A stretch of DNA of 64,000 bases, taken from an uncultured Candidatus Saccharibacteria bacterium (lineage in GTDB: Bacteria > Patescibacteriota > Saccharimonadia > Saccharimonadales > CAZNVG01). Shown piece by piece: positions 47,456 to 56,273 of the stretch. The DNA lies in contig CAZNVG010000001.1 in assembly GCA_964576475.1 (NCBI GenBank), positions 8,367 through 72,366 of the forward strand, in the 5' to 3' direction. Within the stretch, counting starts at the first letter, position 1. Every line of letters starts with the position of its first letter. The notes beneath the pieces are model-generated. The model was given only the letters and a program-made list of their open reading frames with translations, was not told the DNA's origin and made no database searches. Both the position numbers and the translations under genes were made by a program.

Positions 47456-50107
47456 ATACCGAACAAGCCATTTCTTGACGGCCTCATGATCGCGATTACG
47501 CCAGGCAACTCTCGCAGCAATATCTGAGTACCCAACAAGAATGTTTCTATGAAGCATTTTATGTGATTCAAGCGGCTCGAAAAATTCATGATAGCGCTTC
47601 TGCCAAGCCTCGTCATTCATCGCACCGGCACAATATGTGGGTAAGTAGTCAAATGATTTACTTTTGCCCAGAGTATCTTGAATCCATTCCCAGTTCTCAG
47701 TCATATACTCCCAAGTTATTTCACGAAGTCGATAATTGCGCATAAATAGTGCAATCCATCTCAGGAGATCCTGCGGTCGCACAAACCCATTTATCCCAAG
47801 AGCCTTTTCAAGTATTCGTTTTGCGAGCATAGGATCCTTAGTACTACTGAGAGCGCCCGTTATGTCGCTTTGCACTTCAGGATGCGCTGATGGATACTGC
47901 TCAAGCAAGTCCATTGCATACGAATCATCATCGTGCCGTACCATTACGGATAGGATTGTGCCACGTATTTCAGCAGGAAGAGACTCGATTGAGTCCGCTT
48001 TTTTGAAACGTGCTTTCGCTTCATTAAGCGCAGACTCGTCTTCAGAACCTACCATTAGCGACAGGGCAGTATGACGAAGTTGTTTCGTGTTTGGATCATC
48101 GTCTTTTTGATCATCCCATCCAAGCGTCGTATACCATTGTTGCGACAATTGCTTGCGCAGGGTACGGAGTGCCGCTTCTGATTCTTCATCGCCTTCAGTG
48201 ATAACACTCGCACTACCAATCACCCGCGTAATCAGCCCCCAAACGTTATCTCGAGGCTCGCTTGCTGTGTGCTCAATAATCTGAAGTGCTTTGGTAAGTG
48301 AGTCATCGCCACGCCGCGCCAGCAGCAGTAAATCATTTAGCATGTTTATTCTGGCTTCAGCTGAAATCTTTTGGTTTTGTAACTGAGTGATGAGGTGCTG
48401 TGTATGATTGTCGCCAATATATTGGGTGACAAAATGTGCGCTACCTTGATGATTCAGCAGGATAGGGTTCTTGCTTTCACTGACGATCGTGGCTTCTTTT
48501 GTCTTCAAGAGGTCAGGTTTTAATGTTTCATTAGCCAATAGCGGTATAGGCCAGAGTGTTGTATCGTTTTGCGCATCTAATACAAACCGCTCCTGTGACA
48601 AATGAACTTTTTCGGCATCTTGTGAAACACGGACAAGCGCCAAGCCCGGTTGCGTTATCCAAGGGGTCATGAGCGCACCAATGTCCTTGCCGCTCACTTC
48701 ACTCATGGCACGCCATAAGTCTTCCCTGGTGGTGTTCCCGTATTCGTGTCGATGAAAATATATCTGGAGAGCTTTCGAAAAATCTTTGTCTCCAATGTAG
48801 TCTCGAAGCATTTTCAGTAGTCTTCCACCCTTGGCATAGACGATACCCGGATCAAACAGTGTTTCTATTAGCTCTGGGTCTGTAACCTTAACTCCGACTG
48901 GTTGTATGTCTTTATATATGTCTCTGTTCGACGAACTAATTATGTCGAGCGCAGTATAGTGCTCCCATTGCTTCCATTCTGGATGAATTACGTCGAGAGA
49001 AAGGTGCTCCATGATACTTGCGAAGCTTTCGTTTAACCACAAGTCATCCCACCATTGCATTGTGACAAGATTGCCAAACCACTGATGAGAAAGTTCATGT
49101 GCGACAACGATCGACACATATTGCTCTGAACTTATTGATCTATTTTGAGGATCGGCCAACAACGCTACTTCACGGTAAGTGATGAGCCCCCAGTTTTCCA
49201 TGGCTCCTGCATCAAAGTCAGGTAACGCGACCTGATCACACTTACTCAGCGGAAAAGGCACACCAAAGTACTCTGTATAGAATTCCAAGAGCTTAACTGC
49301 TTCGTGAGTGGCATACGTAAGCTGCTCTACTGGTCTCGCGACAGCTGACCACGATCTGACAACAATGCCATCTTTGGTTTTTGCCTCAAAGCAGTGCATC
49401 TTACCAATGACAAAAGCAAGCAAGTATGTACTCATACGAGGGGTTTTTTCAAAGCTAATCCGCGAAAGCCCGTCACTAGATTCTCGGCTCAGCTCAGGTG
49501 TGTTACTTAATACAACCTGACCCTCAATAGCTGGCGTCTCTATACTTAGCGAGAACGTCGCTTTTGCTGCCGGCTCATCAATACATGGAAACGCCTCTCG
49601 GGCATGATGGCTTTCAAACTGCGTTGCTAAAATGACTTCCTCAACACCGTCATGATCAAAGCGACTAGGATAAATACCATTCATTACATCAGTAATGCTA
49701 CCCTTGAATTCTACTGTAACCGTGTAGTTCCCTGGATATAATTTATCTTCCGTATGCAAGCGAACTTCTTCGAGCTTTTTGTGGTGATGAATCCGTGTAA
49801 CCTCAGGACTATGTTCACGTTTTCGTTCATGTCGAGTAATCGTTGCGCCAGTTATAGTCAGGTCACGTTGGTGCAGCGTTATTCGTTGAGCGGGTTTTTT
49901 TAACTGCCCTGTAATGACCGCTGAGCCACTGAAACTTTTGCTACCCTCGGCAATTTTAAGAGTTAATTCGTAGTGTTCTGGAGCGAATGATGCATGGAGG
50001 CGTTTGGCAGATGACATGTAATTAATCGTAGCATGGCTTGATGAAAGCTGTGTCGTTATGCTATAGTTAACACGTTGTCCGGCCGTTCTCAGGTCGGCTT
50101 TTTTCAT
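47438..50107 (-). CDS. pepN: aminopeptidase N (M1 family); alternative start at 50017
   Basis: HELSHQWFGNLVTMQWWDDLWLNESFA (HEXXH + E) and GAMEN. The N-terminus from MSSAKRLHASFAPEHYEL aligns with typical PepN starts. The upstream ATG at 50107 has a GGGGG SD. Confidence 0.8.
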   Translation of the reverse strand: MKKADLRTAGQRVNYSITTQLSSSHATINYMSSAKRLHASFAPEHYELTLKIAEGSKSFSGSAVITGQLKKPAQRITLHQRDLTITGATITRHERKREHSPEVTRIHHHKKLEEVRLHTEDKLYPGNYTVTVEFKGSITDVMNGIYPSRFDHDGVEEVILATQFESHHAREAFPCIDEPAAKATFSLSIETPAIEGQVVLSNTPELSRESSDGLSRISFEKTPRMSTYLLAFVIGKMHCFEAKTKDGIVVRSWSAVARPVEQLTYATHEAVKLLEFYTEYFGVPFPLSKCDQVALPDFDAGAMENWGLITYREVALLADPQNRSISSEQYVSIVVAHELSHQWFGNLVTMQWWDDLWLNESFASIMEHLSLDVIHPEWKQWEHYTALDIISSSNRDIYKDIQPVGVKVTDPELIETLFDPGIVYAKGGRLLKMLRDYIGDKDFSKALQIYFHRHEYGNTTREDLWRAMSEVSGKDIGALMTPWITQPGLALVRVSQDAEKVHLSQERFVLDAQNDTTLWPIPLLANETLKPDLLKTKEATIVSESKNPILLNHQGSAHFVTQYIGDNHTQHLITQLQNQKISAEARINMLNDLLLLARRGDDSLTKALQIIEHTASEPRDNVWGLITRVIGSASVITEGDEESEAALRTLRKQLSQQWYTTLGWDDQKDDDPNTKQLRHTALSLMVGSEDESALNEAKARFKKADSIESLPAEIRGTILSVMVRHDDDSYAMDLLEQYPSAHPEVQSDITGALSSTKDPMLAKRILEKALGINGFVRPQDLLRWIALFMRNYRLREITWEYMTENWEWIQDTLGKSKSFDYLPTYCAGAMNDEAWQKRYHEFFEPLESHKMLHRNILVGYSDIAARVAWRNRDHEAVKKWLVRYSATEH

Positions 50108-50131
50108 CTTAAACCCCCGGAAGGAACCACA

Positions 50132-51358
50132 ATGGATCTAGAAATTAAACAGTTAGTACTCGCCATCAAACAAATCGCGGAAGAGAAAAACCTACCAGAA
50201 GAAGTCGTACAAGACGTTATCCAGCAGGCACTCGCCGCTGCATGGCGCCGTGACTTTGGTGATCGCGAACAAGAAGTGCGCGCAGAGTTAAATCAAAGCA
50301 ACGGCGATGTGACTATCTTTGCCAGCAAAGAAGTCGTTGAAGTCGTAGGTGACCCACAAGTAGAGATTAATGTTGCCGACGCACAGAAAATCCGAAAAGA
50401 TGCTGCAGTGGGCGAATTTGTAGAAATAGTCGAGAAGCCAACAACCTTTGGTCGTGTCGCTGCACAAACTGCTCGACAGGTTATTATCCAGAAACTACGT
50501 GAAGCTGAACGAGAAGTCGTGCTTAGTCTTTTTGAAGATAAAATCGGTACGATTATCAACGCTACTGTGCAACGAGCTGAAGCTCGAATTGTACGTGTTG
50601 ATCTTGGAAAAGCTACGGGCATTATGCCTATCAGCGAACAAATTCCTGGTGAGCGCTACTATCCCGGTGCCCGAATCAAAGTGTATCTAAAAGATGTTGA
50701 GCGCGGCACTCGAGGTCCACAGCTAATTCTCTCGCGCGCCACAGGTGAGTTCGTGAAACAGCTTTTCATGAACGAAGTTCCTGAGATGGAAAGTGGCGCA
50801 GTAGAGATCAAAGAAATCGCGCGTGAAGCTGGTGTCCGTACAAAGATTGCAGTGGCTAGCAACGTTGCCGGCGTTGATCCCGTAGGGACATTTGTTGGTG
50901 GTCATGGAACTCGCGTACAAGCTGTTATGGGCGAAATTGGTGATCAGGAAAAGATAGACATCATTGTATATGACGAAGATCCAGCGACTTTCATTAAGAA
51001 CGCACTTTCACCTACAGAAGTAGTTAAAGTAGAGATCTACGAATCAGAAAAGAAGGCAATTGTACGAGTTGGCGAAGATCAGCTATCAATTGCTATCGGA
51101 AAAAACGGTCAGAACGTACGATTGGCAAGCAAACTTACAGGCTACGAACTAGATATTGCTCCGAGCAACACACCTAAACCAGTTGAAAAGGCTACAGAGC
51201 CTGAAGCTGAAGAACCAGCTGCCGCACCAGTTGTCACATCAACGCCAACCCCTGCGAAGCCGCGACTAAAGCGAAAAGAAGAGCTTGAAAGCAGTCTGCT
51301 GAGCGCCATAGAAGAGCACGGCGAAGCAGCTGATAGTACAGACGAATCCAAAGAATAG
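50132..51358 (+). CDS. nusA: transcription termination/antitermination factor NusA
   Basis: MDLEIKQLVLAIKQIAEEKNLPEEVV start, S1 and KH domains. SD GGAAGGA. The track ORF start at 50075 is a spurious upstream extension. Confidence 0.9.
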   Translation: MDLEIKQLVLAIKQIAEEKNLPEEVVQDVIQQALAAAWRRDFGDREQEVRAELNQSNGDVTIFASKEVVEVVGDPQVEINVADAQKIRKDAAVGEFVEIVEKPTTFGRVAAQTARQVIIQKLREAEREVVLSLFEDKIGTIINATVQRAEARIVRVDLGKATGIMPISEQIPGERYYPGARIKVYLKDVERGTRGPQLILSRATGEFVKQLFMNEVPEMESGAVEIKEIAREAGVRTKIAVASNVAGVDPVGTFVGGHGTRVQAVMGEIGDQEKIDIIVYDEDPATFIKNALSPTEVVKVEIYESEKKAIVRVGEDQLSIAIGKNGQNVRLASKLTGYELDIAPSNTPKPVEKATEPEAEEPAAAPVVTSTPTPAKPRLKRKEELESSLLSAIEEHGEAADSTDESKE

Positions 51359-51376
51359 TTGTTCTATCAAAAAGAC

Positions 51377-51420
51377 GAATTAGCACTCTTGCAATGGGAG
51401 TGCTAATTCGATACACTTTT
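51377..51420 (+). terminator. 12-bp perfect hairpin (GAATTAGCACTC/GAGTGCTAATTC) followed by a weak T-tract, after nusA
   Basis: Seen directly. A second 7-bp hairpin (GACAGTC/GACTGTC) follows at 51427-51449, just before the clpC SD. Confidence 0.35.
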
Positions 51421-51462
51421 ACGTATGACAGTCACCTTAACAGACTGTCGTGAGGGAACACT

Positions 51463-53937
51463 ATGGACGAACAAAAAGAATTTCATGATTTTTTAGAACA
51501 CTTGACGGACAACGCCAAGAACAGTCTGCAGCATGCTGAGGCAATCGCGCGCGGCTTTGGCTCAGCCTATATTGGCACAGAGCATTTATTACTCGGCGTA
51601 CTAGCCCAAGAATCATCTATCGCCGCCAAGGTACTAGAATCGATTGGTGTAACACTTGATCGCGCTAAACTTGCGCTGGATTTGACTCCAAAATCAATGA
51701 TTGTACAAGTCGGCAATAGAGGCCTGAGCGAGACCGCAAAGCTTACCCTAAAGATGAGCTGGGAAGTCGCCCAAGAATTTAACCAAGATTATTGCGGTAC
51801 TGAGCATATTCTCTACAGCATTCTCAATCAAAAGAACGCGCGAGCTACTGTTTTACTTCGAGACATGAATGTCAGTATCGAGGGTCTGTTAGGCGAGCTT
51901 GAAAGCTATTTGAGTCGACAGCAATATGATCAGGGAGAGGGTACGTCAGGGCGCACAAAACGGCGACGACGAAGTAGCGGCTCAGCACTCGACTATTTTG
52001 GTACAGACCTTACTGCACGCGCCAAAGCCGGTGAGCTTGATCCTGTTATTGGCCGCGAAGACCAAATAAAGCGCATGATCACGATACTCGGTCGTAGAAC
52101 AAAAAATAATCCAGTACTCATAGGTGAACCAGGTGTGGGTAAAACAGCAATTGTAGAAGGTCTCGCACAACGTATAGTCGCTGAAGAGGTGCCTGAAATA
52201 TTGCTAGATCGCCGTATTGTCATGCTTGATCTCGCCGCCATGATAGCGGGAACGAAGTATCGAGGTGAATTTGAAGAGCGACTGAAGAAAGTACTCGATG
52301 AGCTCACTGATGATAAAAAGACTATCGTTTTTATAGATGAGATGCATCTGTTGGTCGGCGCAGGAGCTGCAGAAGGCGCAATGGACGCCGGCAACATGCT
52401 TAAGCCGGGACTGGCACGTGGTGCAATTCGTATGATCGGCGCCACGACTATGGATGAGTACAGTAAGTATATAGAGAAAGATGCGGCTCTTGAACGTCGC
52501 TTCCAACCAGTCATGGTGCCCGAGACAACCATACCTGAAACAATTGCAATCATTCGCGGACTAAAAAAGCACTATGAAGATTTCCATGGTGTGAAGATTT
52601 CTGACGAAGTTGTTAAAGACGCAGTCGCTATGGCAAAACGCTACATAAATGATCGCTTTATGCCTGACAAAGCTATAGACCTTATAGACGAGGCAGCGTC
52701 ACAGGCCAGAATAGAACGTCGAAAAACACCCGTTGAAGCACGAAAGCTACAGCGCGAGCTTCGTATAGTGACGAGCCGCATGGAAGACGCAGTCGACAAC
52801 GAAGACTATGAGCGAGCTGCAAAGTTCAAAACTAGAATGAGCCAAATAAACAAACGGCTTGAAGAACTTCACGCAAATCAAGATAAATCCCATCAGGTGT
52901 CGCTCACTAGCGACGACATAGCTCGAGTAGTGAAGATGATTACAGGTGTGCCGTTAACGAAGCTCAAGAAAACAGAATCGCACTGGCTGATGGAGCTTGA
53001 TAGACACCTTAAGAAACATGTAATCGGTCAAGACGTCGCTGTTGAATCCATCGTAAAAGCAATCCGACGAAATCGTTCCGGAATCACTCCTGCCAATAAG
53101 CCGATTGGATCATTCGTGTTCCTCGGCCCTACGGGTGTCGGTAAAACTGAGCTTGCTCGGGTACTAGCACGTGAGTACTTCGACTCAGAGGATGCACTAA
53201 TCAAGATCGATATGTCGGAGCTTTCCGAGCGTCACACCGTTGCTCGACTCGTCGGTGCGCCAGCAGGCTACGTCGGCTACGAAGAGGGTGGTCAGTTGAC
53301 CGATAAGATTCGCCGCCAACCATATTCGCTTATATTGCTGGATGAGATTGAAAAAGCACATCCAGATGTGTTCCACATTTTGCTGCAGATTTTGGAAGAC
53401 GGCTACTTAAGCGATGCAAAAGGCAGACGTGTAGATTTCAGTAACACCATTATCATTATGACGAGTAATGTTGGTGCTGAAAAAATGCAAAAAGAAGCAA
53501 AGCTTGGCTTTAGAGCTTCGAGCAGTTCTGACCTTAACCAATTAACAGAGCTGCACGACGAAACGAGTGAAGCTGTTAAGGACGAACTCAAGCGAATCAT
53601 GCGACCTGAATTGCTAAATCGCATAGATAAAGTAGTGAGTTTTAATGCTCTTACTAAGAAAGATGTCCAAAAGATCCTTGAGCTACAGATAAAAGATCTG
53701 GTACATCGCATAGGTGAGCAGAAATTTGGCCTTAGGGTGCAACCTTCCGCTAAACACCGTCTACTTGAACTCGGTTTTGATGCATACAATGGCGCAAGAC
53801 CTATGCGTCGAGCAATTCAAGATCACCTTGAAGATACGCTTGCAGAGCATATAATTTCTGGTGCAGCAGAAAAGGGTCAAGTCTTCGTTGTAGGGGCTCG
53901 AAAAAACACCTTCACAGTCGCAGTTGAATCCGAATAG
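51463..53937 (+). CDS. clpC: ATP-dependent Clp protease ATP-binding subunit ClpC
   Basis: Clp N-repeats, two AAA+ modules (GEPGVGKT; GPTGVGKT), UVR-like middle domain. Confidence 0.9.
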   Translation: MDEQKEFHDFLEHLTDNAKNSLQHAEAIARGFGSAYIGTEHLLLGVLAQESSIAAKVLESIGVTLDRAKLALDLTPKSMIVQVGNRGLSETAKLTLKMSWEVAQEFNQDYCGTEHILYSILNQKNARATVLLRDMNVSIEGLLGELESYLSRQQYDQGEGTSGRTKRRRRSSGSALDYFGTDLTARAKAGELDPVIGREDQIKRMITILGRRTKNNPVLIGEPGVGKTAIVEGLAQRIVAEEVPEILLDRRIVMLDLAAMIAGTKYRGEFEERLKKVLDELTDDKKTIVFIDEMHLLVGAGAAEGAMDAGNMLKPGLARGAIRMIGATTMDEYSKYIEKDAALERRFQPVMVPETTIPETIAIIRGLKKHYEDFHGVKISDEVVKDAVAMAKRYINDRFMPDKAIDLIDEAASQARIERRKTPVEARKLQRELRIVTSRMEDAVDNEDYERAAKFKTRMSQINKRLEELHANQDKSHQVSLTSDDIARVVKMITGVPLTKLKKTESHWLMELDRHLKKHVIGQDVAVESIVKAIRRNRSGITPANKPIGSFVFLGPTGVGKTELARVLAREYFDSEDALIKIDMSELSERHTVARLVGAPAGYVGYEEGGQLTDKIRRQPYSLILLDEIEKAHPDVFHILLQILEDGYLSDAKGRRVDFSNTIIIMTSNVGAEKMQKEAKLGFRASSSSDLNQLTELHDETSEAVKDELKRIMRPELLNRIDKVVSFNALTKKDVQKILELQIKDLVHRIGEQKFGLRVQPSAKHRLLELGFDAYNGARPMRRAIQDHLEDTLAEHIISGAAEKGQVFVVGARKNTFTVAVESE

Positions 53938-53957
53938 CACTGCTATACTAGGTTTAC

Positions 53958-54926
53958 ATGAAACATTCACGAATCATTTCGATCGTTATTCTGATTATTG
54001 GTATCGTAGTCGGTTACGGCGTGGTCACCAATCAGTCATATCTCAGGGACCAATGGCAGCTATACAACTACACTCCTAGCGAAGAAGTCAGCAATCTTGG
54101 GGCTGCCGCATTACTAAATGGAACGGGTAAGCGTTATTACTACCTGTCTGAACCACAAATTGAGGACAAACAAACATTTGCTCAACACTGTCCTGTCGAA
54201 GAATCTACTATAGTGCTCGGCTGTTACGATGGTCGTGTCATGTATCTGCTAAACGTAGACGATGACAGACTGCGTGGCGTAGAAGAAGTCACTGCTGCTC
54301 ATGAGACGCTGCATGCAGTCTACTCGAGACTTACAGATAAAGAACGTGCAAGAATTGATACGCTCGTCGACGCAGTCTACAAAAAGCAAAACAATGCACG
54401 ACTCACAAAAGTTATAGATGCATATAGAGTGCGCGAGCCAAATGATATAAACAATGAGCTTCATTCAATCCTCGCGACAGAAGTAAGGGATATCGGGTCC
54501 GAACTAGAAGACTATTATGCTAAATACTTTACTGACCGAATGCGTCTCGTCTCGATGGCAGAAACGTATCAGAGTGTATTTACTGATCTTGAAGACCAAG
54601 TCGCCAGCTATGACGAGCAGCTAAAGAATCTTCGCAAGTCTATAGAATCTTCGCAAGGTACACTCACAAGCAAACAAAATGCCATAACCTCGCAACGTAC
54701 AAGGATGGACACCCTGCTTCGCAACAACCAAATTAGTGAATATAACAGTCTAGTTGCTTCCTATAATGCAAGTGTTGTCGATTATAACAATCGCGTAGAC
54801 GACCTAGAGAGCGATATCGACAAATACAACGATCTTGTCATTAAGCGCAATGAAGTAGCTACGGCTCAGAAAAATCTCGTCGAAAGTATCAACGCTGGCT
54901 TCAGCACAATTAAGCAGGAGCCCTGA
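53958..54926 (+). CDS. hypothetical membrane-anchored protein with HExxH motif (HETLHAVY) and C-terminal coiled coil
   Basis: N-terminal TM, possible zinc-binding HETLH, heptad-rich Asn/Gln/Ser C-terminus. Inserted between clpC and radA. Confidence 0.4.
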   Translation: MKHSRIISIVILIIGIVVGYGVVTNQSYLRDQWQLYNYTPSEEVSNLGAAALLNGTGKRYYYLSEPQIEDKQTFAQHCPVEESTIVLGCYDGRVMYLLNVDDDRLRGVEEVTAAHETLHAVYSRLTDKERARIDTLVDAVYKKQNNARLTKVIDAYRVREPNDINNELHSILATEVRDIGSELEDYYAKYFTDRMRLVSMAETYQSVFTDLEDQVASYDEQLKNLRKSIESSQGTLTSKQNAITSQRTRMDTLLRNNQISEYNSLVASYNASVVDYNNRVDDLESDIDKYNDLVIKRNEVATAQKNLVESINAGFSTIKQEP

Positions 54927-54929
54927 GCC

Positions 54930-56273
54930 ATGGCGAAGAAATCTGCAGCACAATATATCTGTAGTAACTGTGCTGCGACGTTTACGCGCTGGGAAGGCAA
55001 ATGCAGCAATTGTGGTGCATGGAATACACTTGAGCAACAAGTTAGCGGTACAGGCTCTGTCGTTACGTCAGGCAAGGTGCTTGAAGCGACTTTAGTAGGT
55101 GACAAGAACGCATTCCATGAAAAACCGCGAATCCAAACTACCATGAGGGATGTAGATGCGGTTTTGGGCGGCGGGTTCGTGCCTGGCAGCGTTATTCTTA
55201 TAACGGGGCAGCCTGGCATTGGTAAGTCGACGCTACTCCAGCAAATTGCACACTTAGTAGCCAAGCAAAACGATGTACTCTACGTGAGCGGCGAGGAATC
55301 CGCACAGCAGGTATTTTTGCGCTCACAACGACTCGGAGCGAGTGCGAAAGATTCGCTGTTCATCGCCAACTCAAATAGTGCAGATGATATTATCGCGAGC
55401 ATGCAAAAGACACAGTATTCACTTGTTATTGTTGATTCAATTCAAACAATTCAAACAAGTAATGTGCCTACGAGTCCAGGGTCACCAACACAGATCATGC
55501 AGAGTACGCACGTCCTTATGGCGGCGGCCAAGCAGACAAATACCGCCATAATCCTCGTAGGACACGTAACCAAAGACGGCGACATGGCAGGTCCTAAACT
55601 GCTAGAACATCTCGTTGATGTTGTTCTGACGCTTGAAGGAGACCGCTACGGTGGATTTAAGCTATTGAGAAGTGTTAAGAATCGTTTTGGATCAACTAAT
55701 GAGTCAGGAATCTTTGAAACAACCGAAACGGGCCTCAAAGAAGTAGTCAACCCATCAGCCGCCCTTTTGGCTGAACGACAGGTGAGCGATGGTTCGGTGG
55801 TGCTTGCGACAATGGAAGGGAGCAGACCACTGCTCGTAGAAGTTCAGGCATTGGTCACTACAACCAGTTTTGGATATCCCAAACGTGCGTCATCGGGGTA
55901 TGACTTAAACAGACTGAGTTTGCTTATAGCTATGATATCCCGACGAACTAAACTCGATCTCTCACAGTCAGATGTATTCATCAACATCGTTGGCGGACTA
56001 CGCATAAGTGAGCCCGCAGCAGACCTCGCCGTCTGTTTAAGTATCGCCTCGGCAGCTAAGGGCATCCAGCTCAATGAAGATCTTGTGGTGTTTGGAGAAG
56101 TTGGATTATCTGGCGAAGTTCGACACGTGCCATTCATGGAAGCTCGCATGCGAGAAATCAAGAAACTTGGCTTCAAGGGTGCAATTGGTCCAACTCACAC
56201 GCCAAAAGTAGCTGGATTACACAGTGTTAAAAACATTCAAGAAGCTGTCGCTGTCGCGCTAAAGTCTACGTAG
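54930..56273 (+). CDS. radA: DNA repair protein RadA (Sms)
   Basis: N-terminal C4 zinc finger CSNCAATFTRWEGKCSNCGAW, RecA-like Walker A GQPGIGKST, KNRFG motif, Lon-like C-terminus. Confidence 0.9.
   Translation: MAKKSAAQYICSNCAATFTRWEGKCSNCGAWNTLEQQVSGTGSVVTSGKVLEATLVGDKNAFHEKPRIQTTMRDVDAVLGGGFVPGSVILITGQPGIGKSTLLQQIAHLVAKQNDVLYVSGEESAQQVFLRSQRLGASAKDSLFIANSNSADDIIASMQKTQYSLVIVDSIQTIQTSNVPTSPGSPTQIMQSTHVLMAAAKQTNTAIILVGHVTKDGDMAGPKLLEHLVDVVLTLEGDRYGGFKLLRSVKNRFGSTNESGIFETTETGLKEVVNPSAALLAERQVSDGSVVLATMEGSRPLLVEVQALVTTTSFGYPKRASSGYDLNRLSLLIAMISRRTKLDLSQSDVFINIVGGLRISEPAADLAVCLSIASAAKGIQLNEDLVVFGEVGLSGEVRHVPFMEARMREIKKLGFKGAIGPTHTPKVAGLHSVKNIQEAVAVALKST

Noticed and set aside
50075-50131. Longer nusA start at 50075 from the ORF track
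   Set aside because: The NusA N-terminus aligns from MDLEIKQL at 50132, which has a proper SD. The upstream extension is unlikely to be translated.
51982-53970. Minus-strand ORFs inside clpC (for example 51993-52553, 53403-53789)
   Set aside because: Antisense to a conserved AAA+ gene, low complexity, no start context.
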